DNA of 64,000 nucleotides from Bacteriovoracia bacterium (lineage in GTDB: Bacteria > Bdellovibrionota > UBA1018 > JBFWNL01): NCBI GenBank assembly GCA_050251055.1, contig JBFWNL010000001.1:235825-299824 (forward strand), written 5' to 3'. The position numbers and the translations under genes were made by a program. How positions within the stretch are numbered: position 1 is the stretch's first letter; the number at the start of each line of letters is the position of its first letter. Below are positions 36,894 through 46,255 of this stretch, piece after piece. The notes beneath the pieces were generated by a model that worked only from the letters and a program-made list of their open reading frames with translations, had not been told where the DNA came from and searched no databases.

Positions 36894-38394
36894 GCGCTAC
36901 GCGCTTCGCACCCTCGGGTGCAAGGCTAATACCTACGACAGTCAGCTGTTGGAAGCCGAACTCCAAGCCCGCGGCTGGGTGCCCGCCCGGGAAGGAGAGA
37001 GCGCCGATCTTTGTCTCGTGAACAGCTGCACGGTGACGAACGAAGCCGATAAACTTTCACGCAAAACCGCCACCCGCTTGGCGCGGCTAAACGCGGGCGC
37101 CCCCGTGGTAATTACCGGCTGCGGAGCCGAGGTCGACCCCCGGGGGATGGCGTCCACCCCAGGCCTCACTCACGTGGTGAGCAATCGGGACAAACCCAAA
37201 CTGCTGGCCATGCTGGATGAGCTAGCAACCGCTGCACGTCTCTCCCAGCCCCGAGAGACCAATGGAGGGGCCGAAGTTCTTGGCTCCGCGCTTGGATATG
37301 ACGAGCTTCGATCCCGTCATCCCTTGGACCGCGAGTGGCCACTACCGGATAGCCTAAGCATTTCCCCGCAAAGCCTGAAGGCGCTGCGCGCCCCCGGGGC
37401 GGAGAGAAATTCCGCGGGCCGCACCCGGGCTTTTTTGAAAATTCAGGAAGGCTGCAATTCTTTCTGCACTTTTTGCATTATTCCTTACGGCCGCGGCCCT
37501 AGCCGCAGCCTACGTCCCCGCGCTATCCTTGAGCAGATTCAAGCCTTGGTAGAAGACGGCGCCCGGGAAGTCGTATTGACCGGCACGAACGTGGGCGACT
37601 ACGGAATGGAGTGGGCACCCAAAGGGACGGCGCTCGAGGAGCTGCTCACGATGATTTTTCAAGAGACCGCCATTGAACGCGTGCGCGTGAGCTCGCTCGA
37701 TCCGACGGAAATCACCCCGGGACTACTGCTGCTCGTGGAGACAGAGCCCCGAATGTGCCCGCATTTTCATGTCTCGCTGCAAAGCCCGCATACCGGGATT
37801 CTAAGACTGATGAAACGAGGATATGGGTTTGACGAAGTGGAGCGATGCTTGCGCGCTTTAGCCGGGCTGAAGCCCGCGGCGGGAACTCCCAACGGGGTCT
37901 ACGTCGGGATGGATTTGATCACGGGCTTTCCTGGCGAGACGGACGAAATTTTCGCGTGGACGCGTGACGCGCTCGGCGCGCTCCCGTGGACCCGTCTGCA
38001 CGTCTTTCCGTACAGCGAGCGCGCGTCCACGCCGGCAACTCGCCTGCCGGGATCGGTTCCGGTCGCGATACGTAAGCGCCGCGCCCGAGAGCTGCAAGCA
38101 TTGAATCTGCGGCGAGTGGAAGCGCACTATCACGCCGCCCGCGCCCGTCACGGGAACTCGATCGAAGACGTTCTCATCGAATCTCCGCATGCCGGACCGA
38201 ACGGGGCAGAGGGATGGTGGATGGGGCACACCCGCGATTACTTGCGAGTACTAGTGGAGCATCCTGGAGGAGTACCCGCGACATTCGAAAACACGGTCGT
38301 GACCGGAAGTTTGCGGGGGTTACTGCGCTTAAAGGACGCCGGCGAAGCGGCCTTGCTGGCTTCCTTTACGTCTCCACTTCCCACCCGAAGCTAG
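36877..38394 (+). CDS. mtaB: tRNA t6A methylthiotransferase (radical SAM)
   Basis: TLGCKAN, NSCTVT, GC, RAFLKIQEGCNSFCTFC, LHVFPYS. Confidence 0.9.
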   Translation: MSGTLKRYALRTLGCKANTYDSQLLEAELQARGWVPAREGESADLCLVNSCTVTNEADKLSRKTATRLARLNAGAPVVITGCGAEVDPRGMASTPGLTHVVSNRDKPKLLAMLDELATAARLSQPRETNGGAEVLGSALGYDELRSRHPLDREWPLPDSLSISPQSLKALRAPGAERNSAGRTRAFLKIQEGCNSFCTFCIIPYGRGPSRSLRPRAILEQIQALVEDGAREVVLTGTNVGDYGMEWAPKGTALEELLTMIFQETAIERVRVSSLDPTEITPGLLLLVETEPRMCPHFHVSLQSPHTGILRLMKRGYGFDEVERCLRALAGLKPAAGTPNGVYVGMDLITGFPGETDEIFAWTRDALGALPWTRLHVFPYSERASTPATRLPGSVPVAIRKRRARELQALNLRRVEAHYHAARARHGNSIEDVLIESPHAGPNGAEGWWMGHTRDYLRVLVEHPGGVPATFENTVVTGSLRGLLRLKDAGEAALLASFTSPLPTRS

Positions 38395-38403
38395 CTCGAC
38401 CCG

Positions 38404-38688
38404 CTAGCAACCGTCGGGGTAATATACAATATAGAAATCACTCCAAGCTTGTCCGCAGAAATTTGTGCCAGCAACACAAAGGCGGCAAGTTCTTTCGCAA
38501 GTGTAACCGTCTTCCTCGGGACCGAAAGCAAAGATTTCGCCCGCCGAACAGCGTAATGTTACCTGAGGAAACCCGACCGCAGCGCTTTTAGAAGTATCCG
38601 GATCTATCTTATCTGAAGCCTCGACAGGCCCTAGACCGATAAAAATCGAACAAGCAAGCGCTAAGCTAAAGCTCATTATTCTTCGCAT
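38404..38688 (-). CDS. Small secreted Cys-rich protein
   Basis: Signal peptide MRRIMSFSLALACSIFIGLGPVEA; 6 Cys in the mature part; G-rich SD. Confidence 0.65.
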   Translation of the reverse strand: MRRIMSFSLALACSIFIGLGPVEASDKIDPDTSKSAAVGFPQVTLRCSAGEIFAFGPEEDGYTCERTCRLCVAGTNFCGQAWSDFYIVYYPDGC

Positions 38689-38866
38689 GGAATTCCCCCC
38701 GTCTACAGAATGGTAACGCAAGCAGTCAGGATGTAAAGGGACCGAAGGTTAGTCCTTTCTATTTAGTTAAGCGAAATACCTGTAAAATACGTGTAATTCC
38801 AGAGCTCTGAACGGGGTCGTAAGCTGAAACAATTTTTGTTTCGTTAATCGCAAAACTCTTGAGGAC

Positions 38867-40930
38867 TCACTCCACCGGATAACGAAACCAGCGCGTCGCC
38901 TCGTCGTTCGTGTGGTTGATTTCATCAACCCCGCCCGTGATCCGAGCCGTTAGCGGGTAAAGGCCGAACTCCGAGTCTCCAGGCAAGACTACGTCGAGCG
39001 CAACTTCGGTCGACGCGCCCGGTGCAATCGAAGGCAACGGGATTTGGCCCGAGAGGGCGACGAACTGCGTTTCCACGGCGAGATTCCCGCCCGTTAGACT
39101 ACCCAGAATCTCAAGCTCACGCCCCGACCGCGCGCTGGCCTCAAGCCCAAAGTTGAACACCTTGATTCTCAGGGATGCGCGCACGCCAATCTGGTTCCAA
39201 GTCGTCGCCTGGGGGCCGTGGGGCTGCCATTCGATATCGTTCACCGTCACCGCCAAATCGGGCTGTTCGCTACGTACGCGCTTCCCGACGGCCAGGTTGT
39301 CACGAGTCACGCGCTGAGATTTCTGAAGATGCTGGCGCAACACGCGCCATGCCTCCATGTCCGTATCCACCAGGCCGGCGGTGGGAACCAACGACGGAAC
39401 GACGGAATTCACGAAGTTGATTGCTTCAAAAATATTCTGGCTAGCGGCCAAGGTGTAGACTCGCGAGTGCTTGATGGGTCGGCCGCCGACGCGGACATCG
39501 GTGAGGTGCGTGGCGGTCGGGAGCGCCGCCTTCGGATCGTGATTGATGGTGGTAATGGGGTCGAGCGCCCCGAATATCAGCGCGAGGGTAGGGCTTAAAT
39601 TTCCGGGGTACTTCCCCTGGCTGTAGCGCACCTCAATGCCCGACATGCTGACCTGACCACTCGTAGCGGAAAAACTTGACGCGAACAGGACATTCAGAAG
39701 CGATTGAAGTAGATCTCCCCGTATCGGCAAGGTCTTTACCGTCCAAGTGCGCTCCGTCTTGGCGTGAAAGACCGTGGGTAGCATGTTGATGGTGTCCGCG
39801 GTGGTCACGCTCCCGCGGGGGAGCGGCGCATGGATGAAGTTCGCTTGATCGAGCGCCACGTCGGCGCCCGTAAAGGCGCGGTAGGCGTCCGTGGTCAGGT
39901 TCCCCGCGAGGCTTTCGGCGCCCTGGACGTATCCGTACAGCTCGGAGTCCGCGACGTGGTCATGGAAAATCGGGCCGAACTTGCCCTCGAGCCGAGCCTC
40001 CACTTCCTCCACCACGCCCGCAATTTCGTCGCTTTCGGGAATTCGCGCGTCGATCTGGTAGAGGCCGTGACTCACGTAGGCGGGACGCTGACCCGGAGTG
40101 ACGTGAAAATCAATCCGCCCCAGATATTCACCGTGCTTGCCGGCTTCCACCACGTAACCGGGCGTGGTGCCGTCACGCTCGACCTTGATCGGCGCGAGCA
40201 GCTTCACGTGGTCGTGGCCCCCGATGATGAGATCGAGCGCCGGGGCGGCCCGCAGGAGCTTGTGGTTCGTCCCTAAGCTATTGTGAGAAACCGCCACCAC
40301 CATATCCACTTCATGGCTCAGGCGCTCCGCTAAGTCCCTGATGATAGTGAAGGGGGATTCGATGCGTACCGGCCGAAAATATTTATCGTAAATCAGCTCG
40401 TAGGTGAGAACCCCAATAAAGGCGACTTTGATACCGTCCTTCTCCTGGATCACGTAGGGGAGGAAATTTTCCCGAAATCGCTCCGCCTGATCGAACTTTG
40501 CCAGCGAAAGGTTTGCGCCCAGAAATTTCGTCTTGGGTTTAAGAATCCCGGCCAAGTCGAGTAACCAGTCCGGGCCATTCAGCCAGTCGTGGTTTCCGAT
40601 GACGGCGGCGTCGTACCCCAAACGGTCGAGCATGCGCATGCTCTCCAGCCCCGCGCCGAAATTGTAATAGATATAGCCCTCGGACCAATCGCCGCCATCG
40701 ACGAGGAAACTACGAGGAGCCTCCGCGCGCAGGCGGTCGATCTGCGTTTTTAAGCGGGCAACCCCGCCCAGCATGAGCACGTCGCCGTGGGGCCGGAAGT
40801 GGGAATGAAGGTCGTTCGTGTGAAGAAAGGTGATTACCTTGCCGTCCTCGGCAGGAATATCCGCGAAAGCGGTGGCGGCCCCCGCGACGAGAGCCAGCCC
40901 GATGAAATGGAAGCCTTTCGACGTCTTCAT
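38867..40930 (-). CDS. Secreted 5'-nucleotidase/metallophosphoesterase with C-terminal CARDB/Ig-like domain
   Basis: HTNDLH, DGGD, GNHD, GGHDH; C-terminal PDLAV...DEINHTND. Confidence 0.88.
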   Translation of the reverse strand: MKTSKGFHFIGLALVAGAATAFADIPAEDGKVITFLHTNDLHSHFRPHGDVLMLGGVARLKTQIDRLRAEAPRSFLVDGGDWSEGYIYYNFGAGLESMRMLDRLGYDAAVIGNHDWLNGPDWLLDLAGILKPKTKFLGANLSLAKFDQAERFRENFLPYVIQEKDGIKVAFIGVLTYELIYDKYFRPVRIESPFTIIRDLAERLSHEVDMVVAVSHNSLGTNHKLLRAAPALDLIIGGHDHVKLLAPIKVERDGTTPGYVVEAGKHGEYLGRIDFHVTPGQRPAYVSHGLYQIDARIPESDEIAGVVEEVEARLEGKFGPIFHDHVADSELYGYVQGAESLAGNLTTDAYRAFTGADVALDQANFIHAPLPRGSVTTADTINMLPTVFHAKTERTWTVKTLPIRGDLLQSLLNVLFASSFSATSGQVSMSGIEVRYSQGKYPGNLSPTLALIFGALDPITTINHDPKAALPTATHLTDVRVGGRPIKHSRVYTLAASQNIFEAINFVNSVVPSLVPTAGLVDTDMEAWRVLRQHLQKSQRVTRDNLAVGKRVRSEQPDLAVTVNDIEWQPHGPQATTWNQIGVRASLRIKVFNFGLEASARSGRELEILGSLTGGNLAVETQFVALSGQIPLPSIAPGASTEVALDVVLPGDSEFGLYPLTARITGGVDEINHTNDEATRWFRYPVE

Positions 40931-41101
40931 GCTACCCAATTCCCCCAAGACTGCGAAATCGCAGACGATCTCATGACGCAGTCCTCTATAACGAATGTAA
41001 CGGGTGAGCGCAACCCTTATGACGGCCCCCCTCCGCCAGTTAACTGCTAGTAAACATTAATTTATTTCTTTAAAGTCCGCCTCCCCATCGAATCCTTAAA
41101 T

Positions 41102-41130
41102 TTGACAAGGCATGTCACGTATTGTAAATC
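41102..41130 (+). promoter_or_regulatory. sigma70 promoter of rnc-era-der
   Basis: TTGACA-N17-TAAATC. Confidence 0.65.
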
Positions 41131-41166
41131 AAGGTGGTTGGTTCGGCCGGATGGTCCCGGAGTGTT

Positions 41167-41862
41167 ATGCATTTTGAGAAGCTTCAAGAAAGACTGGGTT
41201 ATCAGTTTGGTGATCGGGGTATCCTTTTACAGTCCCTGACCCACACCTCCTATGGCCATGAGTTTCTCTCCGATAAGCCGGTGGCTTTGCGCGATAACGA
41301 GCGCCTCGAATTCCTAGGCGATGCGATCCTCGATGTCGTCGTTTCCGACCTCCTACTCGAATCCTTTCCCAACGCGAACGAAGGTCGCCTTTCGAAAATG
41401 CGTGCCTCCGTCGTGAACGAAAAAACTCTTTCCGAAATCGCCAATTCCATCAAGCTGCAAGATTGTATTCGTCTCGGCAAAGGCGAGCTGCAAACCGGCG
41501 GAAATCAAAAGCCTTCGATTCTCTCGAGCGCCTTCGAAGCCTTGATCGCCGCAATCTACCTCGACGGCGGATTCAATGCGGTGTTTCCCGTGGTGCGCCG
41601 GCTATTCAGCGACTTCTTCGTCGAAGAACGGCACTTGATGGCGTTCTACGACCATAAAACGCAACTGCAGGAACTCTTGCAAGCGCGGTGGAAAGTCACG
41701 CCGACCTACCATCTGCGTGGATCAAGCGGGCCGGACCACGCTAAGACCTTTGAGGTGGAAGTTCGCCTGAAAAATGAAATGCTCGCGCACGCCACCGGTC
41801 CTTCCAAAAAAGAAGCCGAGCAAAACGCAGCGCGCGCGGCCATCCAAGCCGTGACGGTGTAA
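41167..41862 (+). CDS. rnc: Ribonuclease III
   Basis: NERLEFLGDA signature; C-terminal dsRBD (KTQLQE, SKKEAEQNAA). Confidence 0.98.
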   Translation: MHFEKLQERLGYQFGDRGILLQSLTHTSYGHEFLSDKPVALRDNERLEFLGDAILDVVVSDLLLESFPNANEGRLSKMRASVVNEKTLSEIANSIKLQDCIRLGKGELQTGGNQKPSILSSAFEALIAAIYLDGGFNAVFPVVRRLFSDFFVEERHLMAFYDHKTQLQELLQARWKVTPTYHLRGSSGPDHAKTFEVEVRLKNEMLAHATGPSKKEAEQNAARAAIQAVTV

Positions 41863-41864
41863 TC

Positions 41865-42767
41865 ATGAAGAGTGGATGGATCGCGATCGCCGGACGCCCC
41901 AACGCCGGGAAATCGAGCCTGCTGAACGCCATGTTGGGCAGCCCCTTGAGCGCCGTGACGCCCAAGGCGCAAACCACGCGTGACCAAATCTTCGGCATCT
42001 ATAACGACGAAAAGAAGGGCCAGATCGTGTTCGTCGATACCCCCGGCATTCACAACGCAAAGCCCGGTGGCATCAACGAGTTCATGGTTGGGCAAGCCCG
42101 CGAAGCGCTCACCGAACCAAACCTGGTTTGGTACCTGGTCGATCCGCGCTCTGCGCTAAAACCAGAAACTGCCGTTCTGGATTTATTGCCTAAAGAAGTG
42201 CCGATCTTCCTCATTTTCACGAAGTCGGACCTGGGATGGCCGGCGGTCCAGAGCAAGGCCCAGTTCGAAAGCTTGCTGGTTACCGCCGCCCATGAGCGCG
42301 GGCTACAATTCGCGCAGACGTTTTCGATCTCGTCCCTGATCGAAAAAGGCACGCGCGAGCTACTGTCCGCGAGCTGGCCTAAAATGCCCGAAGGACCGCT
42401 ATATTTCCCCCAAAACGACGACCTCTCGAACCGGCCCCTGCGGTTTTTCGTTTCGGAGCTCATTCGTAAGCAGATTTTTCTGAAGCTGGGCGAAGAAGTG
42501 CCGTACTCCTGCGGCGTGGAGATCGCAAGCTTCGACGAGAGCGCCACCCCCCCGCGCATCGAAGCCACCATCTTCGTGGAGCGGGATTCCCAAAAGGGTA
42601 TCGTCGTCGGCAAGGGGGGGGCCAAGATCAAGGAGATCGGCCAAGCCGCACGCGAGGAAATCGAAGCCCTAATTGGGGGCCACGCCTTCCTAGGCTTGCA
42701 CGTGAAGGTGCTGCGCGAATGGACGAAAGACCAGCAGGCCCTCAAACGATTGGGGTACGAGTCATGA
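41865..42767 (+). CDS. era: GTPase Era
   Basis: GRPNAGKS, QTTR, DTPG, KH domain SQKGIVVGKGG. Confidence 0.97.
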   Translation: MKSGWIAIAGRPNAGKSSLLNAMLGSPLSAVTPKAQTTRDQIFGIYNDEKKGQIVFVDTPGIHNAKPGGINEFMVGQAREALTEPNLVWYLVDPRSALKPETAVLDLLPKEVPIFLIFTKSDLGWPAVQSKAQFESLLVTAAHERGLQFAQTFSISSLIEKGTRELLSASWPKMPEGPLYFPQNDDLSNRPLRFFVSELIRKQIFLKLGEEVPYSCGVEIASFDESATPPRIEATIFVERDSQKGIVVGKGGAKIKEIGQAAREEIEALIGGHAFLGLHVKVLREWTKDQQALKRLGYES

Positions 42768-44098
42768 TGCGCCTCGTGATCGCCGGACGCCCCAACGTTG
42801 GCAAGAGCACCCTGTTTAACCGCCTCATCGGCAAGCGTCGCGCGCTCGTGCACGACGAACCCGGCGTCACGCGCGATCGCATCGAGGAAAAGACCACGTG
42901 GCTGTGGGGCGGCCGGCAGCTCGATCTGCTTGTGACCGATACGGGCGGCATGCTCGGAGAGAAATTCGACGCTGAAATCTCGCGTCAGGTGCAGATGGCC
43001 GCCGACCACGCCAATCTCATCCTGTTCGTGGTGAACGGCCAGGAGGGCTTGGTCGACGTGGACCGGGACGTGGCGTTGCGCCTGCGCCGGCTGGGCAAGG
43101 ACAAGACGATCTGGCTTTTGGTGAACAAGGTCGATACCCACGGGCACGAAGACCGCGCCGCCGACTTCTACGAGCTGGGCTTCGATCGGCTGTTTACGGT
43201 CTCCGCTGAGCATGATCGCGGAATCGACGATCTGAAAGACGCCATCTTCGAGGACTTCGAGGAGTACTGTGAACCACTCGAAGGAGAGCCCGAAAAGGAT
43301 CGTACACCGCAAATCGCGATCGTCGGCCGCCCCAACGCGGGCAAGAGCACCTTCACGAACGCGCTTTTGAAAGAAGAACGCATGATCACGAGCCCCATGG
43401 CGGGAACGACGATCGATGCCGTCGACAGCTACACCGAGCTTAACGGCCATCCCTTCATCTTGATCGATACGGCGGGGATCCGCCGCAAGAGCAAGACCGA
43501 GAAGGGCGTAGAGGTGCTTTCCGTCGTGCAAGCGCGCAAGGCGCTGGAGCGTGCGGATCTGGCAATTCTAATGATCGACGGGGAAGAAGGCCCCAGTGAC
43601 CAGGACGAAAAAATCGGCAGTCTGATCGAGGAGGCCGGCTGCAGTATTATCGTCGCCGTCAACAAGTGGGACACGCAGAAATCCAACCCCGGCTTCACGA
43701 AGAAAATCGCCGTGGAGTGGATTCAAACGCGGATGACTTACCTGAATTACGCGCCCCTGATTTTTATTAGCGCGAAGAACGGCACCGGCTTCAAGGATCT
43801 AGGCGATCTCATGCATGACATTCTCGAGCAGCGCCGCGTGAAGATCGATACGCGCGAGTACACCGAATGGGTGCGCAAGGAGTCCGAGATTCACAATCCG
43901 CACGGAGCGAAGTTTTACATGTGCCATCAGTCCGGCAGCCACCCGCCGAGCTTTGTCGGCCACGTCAATGATCCCAAGAAGATCGACTTCAGCCTCAAGC
44001 GGCACCTCGTGAACGCCATGCGCAGCCGCTGGGGCTTCATGGGTAGCCCCGTCCGCTTGCATTTCGTGAAGTCACGCAACCGCAGCGAACAGGATTAA
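42764..44098 (+). CDS. der: Ribosome biogenesis GTPase Der/EngA
   Basis: Two G domains (GRPNVGKS/DTGG/NKVD and GRPNAGKS/DTAG/NKWD). Confidence 0.97.
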   Translation: MMRLVIAGRPNVGKSTLFNRLIGKRRALVHDEPGVTRDRIEEKTTWLWGGRQLDLLVTDTGGMLGEKFDAEISRQVQMAADHANLILFVVNGQEGLVDVDRDVALRLRRLGKDKTIWLLVNKVDTHGHEDRAADFYELGFDRLFTVSAEHDRGIDDLKDAIFEDFEEYCEPLEGEPEKDRTPQIAIVGRPNAGKSTFTNALLKEERMITSPMAGTTIDAVDSYTELNGHPFILIDTAGIRRKSKTEKGVEVLSVVQARKALERADLAILMIDGEEGPSDQDEKIGSLIEEAGCSIIVAVNKWDTQKSNPGFTKKIAVEWIQTRMTYLNYAPLIFISAKNGTGFKDLGDLMHDILEQRRVKIDTREYTEWVRKESEIHNPHGAKFYMCHQSGSHPPSFVGHVNDPKKIDFSLKRHLVNAMRSRWGFMGSPVRLHFVKSRNRSEQD

Positions 44099-44878
44099 TC
44101 ACCAGGTGAAAAGCAGGCTTCCGACGAGGGTGTAATAAGCGCCCGTCAGGTCTTCGATGCCTTGGGTCTGGTAGAGCGGGCTTCCGCGATCTTCGTAGGG
44201 CACGAAGTGCAGCTTAGCCTCGAGCTCGAAGTAGGACTTTTTCCGGGAGATGAGGAAGTCAAAACCAAACCCCGCGCTGAACCCGAAGGCGTTCATCTGC
44301 GAAACCGACTGGGTGGCTTGATCCACCTCGCCCTTGGAGTAGTTCCCCGCGCCAGCCACCACGTAAGGATTGGAAAAGGTGAGGGCGGAAGACAAATTGC
44401 GGGTATCAAAATAATACTTCAGATCGAGGCCGATGTGATTGACGTTCACGTCGGTGATGCTTCCGCCTCCGGAGGCGTCGAAAAAGTGGGAAACCGTGGA
44501 ATACTCCATCTGCATGGCGAAGTTGAAGTCGAACCAGTAGTGGATGCGGATACTCACCATCGGAAAGCCGCCCGCCCAAAGGATGCCCCGATTACCGGTG
44601 GCGCCCTCGAAGCCAACGCCCAGGCTCACGCCGAAAAATCTGCCGTGCTGGAAAAAATTAGCCGCTTCGGCCTCGTCTTCGTCTTCGTTCGTTTCGCCGT
44701 ATTGGGTGTAGGGGGTTTCGCTGTAATCTTCCACCTCTTGGGGATTGCCTTGCGGATTCGGCACGGGATCGAGATCGTCAGCGTACGCGGAGGAAACGGC
44801 CAGGACCAAAAGGCAGAGCGGCCATCCCCACGCACCCCGGGCGAAGATTGCCTTAGAAGTAGAAGTGGATGCCCGCAT
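44099..44878 (-). CDS. Outer-membrane beta-barrel protein with acidic N-terminal extension
   Basis: Signal peptide, alternating aromatic strands, C-terminal LFTW. Confidence 0.75.
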   Translation of the reverse strand: MRASTSTSKAIFARGAWGWPLCLLVLAVSSAYADDLDPVPNPQGNPQEVEDYSETPYTQYGETNEDEDEAEAANFFQHGRFFGVSLGVGFEGATGNRGILWAGGFPMVSIRIHYWFDFNFAMQMEYSTVSHFFDASGGGSITDVNVNHIGLDLKYYFDTRNLSSALTFSNPYVVAGAGNYSKGEVDQATQSVSQMNAFGFSAGFGFDFLISRKKSYFELEAKLHFVPYEDRGSPLYQTQGIEDLTGAYYTLVGSLLFTW

Positions 44879-45344
44879 GGAGGAAGCTCACCCCGATGGT
44901 TTTCAGCTGGAAGGATCCGGTGGCATTGCTGAACGAGACGCCCGTCTCCACGGAGAAGCCCAAGCTTTCCACGCCGGGAATGAAAAACTCCGCGCCCATG
45001 CCGCCCAAGAATTCCGCGGACGCGCCGCTGCCCGCGGAAACGATGCCGCCGGCAAGCATGAAATAAAAGTTCAGATTCGTTTCGAAGAAAAGATTCTTGA
45101 AGAACTTGATCGCCGTGACCGAGTTCAAGGGGTTGGAGGTCTTTCCGCCGACGATCAGAGCCGCCGCGATGTCACGCGTGAGCCCGTACTTCAAGCTGAT
45201 CCCCGGTACGCCGCCATCCACCAGCGAATTTGAAAACTGCGAGTTGTAGCCGAGGCCCAAGCGCCCGTGCATGTCGCGCGCTTCGCTTCGCGTAGGAGCA
45301 AGCCCGAGGACCGCGCAGAAAAGAGCGGGAAGAAGGAACTTCAT
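44853..45344 (-). CDS. Small outer-membrane beta-barrel protein
   Basis: MKFLLPALFCAVLGLAPTRSEA signal; strands GAEFFIPG, GIHFYF C-terminus. Confidence 0.75.
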   Translation of the reverse strand: MKFLLPALFCAVLGLAPTRSEARDMHGRLGLGYNSQFSNSLVDGGVPGISLKYGLTRDIAAALIVGGKTSNPLNSVTAIKFFKNLFFETNLNFYFMLAGGIVSAGSGASAEFLGGMGAEFFIPGVESLGFSVETGVSFSNATGSFQLKTIGVSFLHAGIHFYF

Positions 45345-45430
45345 GGTACGTCGAACTTCTTGATGCAGGCCGTTAAATTTGGCCGAGTTCTTTTCCATGT
45401 CTTTAATCAGAGTAACCGGGGGCTTTCCTT

Positions 45431-45459
45431 TTGACAACCCCTGAAGAGTCCTCTAAACA
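45431..45459 (+). promoter_or_regulatory. sigma70 promoter, likely leaderless start
   Basis: TTGACA-N17-TAAACA, 7 nt before ATG 45467; no SD. Confidence 0.6.
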
Positions 45460-45466
45460 AGTACTT

Positions 45467-46255
45467 ATGTCGATTACTCCCGCTTCAAGTACCACTTCAA
45501 CTAACAAGCGTAAGCTGCTCAAGCGCCCCGATGAGTTCGAGAGTTCGGTAGGGGGGTTCTTTAACTGGGTGGAAAAAAACGCCCGCCTGTTTATTGTTGG
45601 CATAGGCGTCGCCTTGGTCCTCTTAGTTGCCGTAACGGTCTTTATCCAGCTGCGGGAGAGCAAAGAAGAAGGGGCCCGGGTCGCCCTATTTACTGTCCGC
45701 CAGACTTTCGAGAATGAAGAAAAACCATTTCAACCGATGCCGGCACCTCCGGCCCCCGAAACGAAGGGCGCAAAGGCCAAACCGGCCGCGCCGACTCCGG
45801 GCAAGCCCCATGTGAACGCGGAGACCGATTATCCAGCCACCATCAAGGGTCTACAGGAAGTGGTGGGTAAGCACGGCGGCACTCAGGCCGCTTTCGAAGC
45901 CCAGATGATGCTCGCCCAGCTCTACGTCGAGGGGAAACAAAACGAGCTCGCGCTCAAAGCGTACGAAACCGCGAGCACGATGGCGAAGTCGGGATTCGAT
46001 CGCGCATCCGCCTATTCGTCCTGGGGATACGCCTTGGAGAACGCGGGCCAGCTCCCCACCGCTCTCGAGAAATTTCAAAAGGCGCTTGATCAGGGGGAGG
46101 CTCTCCTTAAGGGCGACTTGCTGATGTCGGTGGCGCGTATCCACGAAAGTCAAAAGGATGTCGAAAAAGCCAAGGCGGCATATCAACGGATTACCTCAGA
46201 ACTTCCGGAGACGAGCTATGCCCGCACGGCCACCCAAAAACAATCTCAGCTCTAA
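45467..46255 (+). CDS. YfgM-like membrane-anchored TPR protein
   Basis: LKRPDEF motif, single TM, TPR helices; upstream of a BamB-like gene. Confidence 0.78.
   Translation: MSITPASSTTSTNKRKLLKRPDEFESSVGGFFNWVEKNARLFIVGIGVALVLLVAVTVFIQLRESKEEGARVALFTVRQTFENEEKPFQPMPAPPAPETKGAKAKPAAPTPGKPHVNAETDYPATIKGLQEVVGKHGGTQAAFEAQMMLAQLYVEGKQNELALKAYETASTMAKSGFDRASAYSSWGYALENAGQLPTALEKFQKALDQGEALLKGDLLMSVARIHESQKDVEKAKAAYQRITSELPETSYARTATQKQSQL

Noticed and set aside
42050-43531. Long antisense ORFs (493 aa here; also 13884-14795, 35157-36047, 44162-44932)
   Set aside because: Shadow ORFs opposite well-supported genes, expected from high-GC codon bias; no recognisable motifs.
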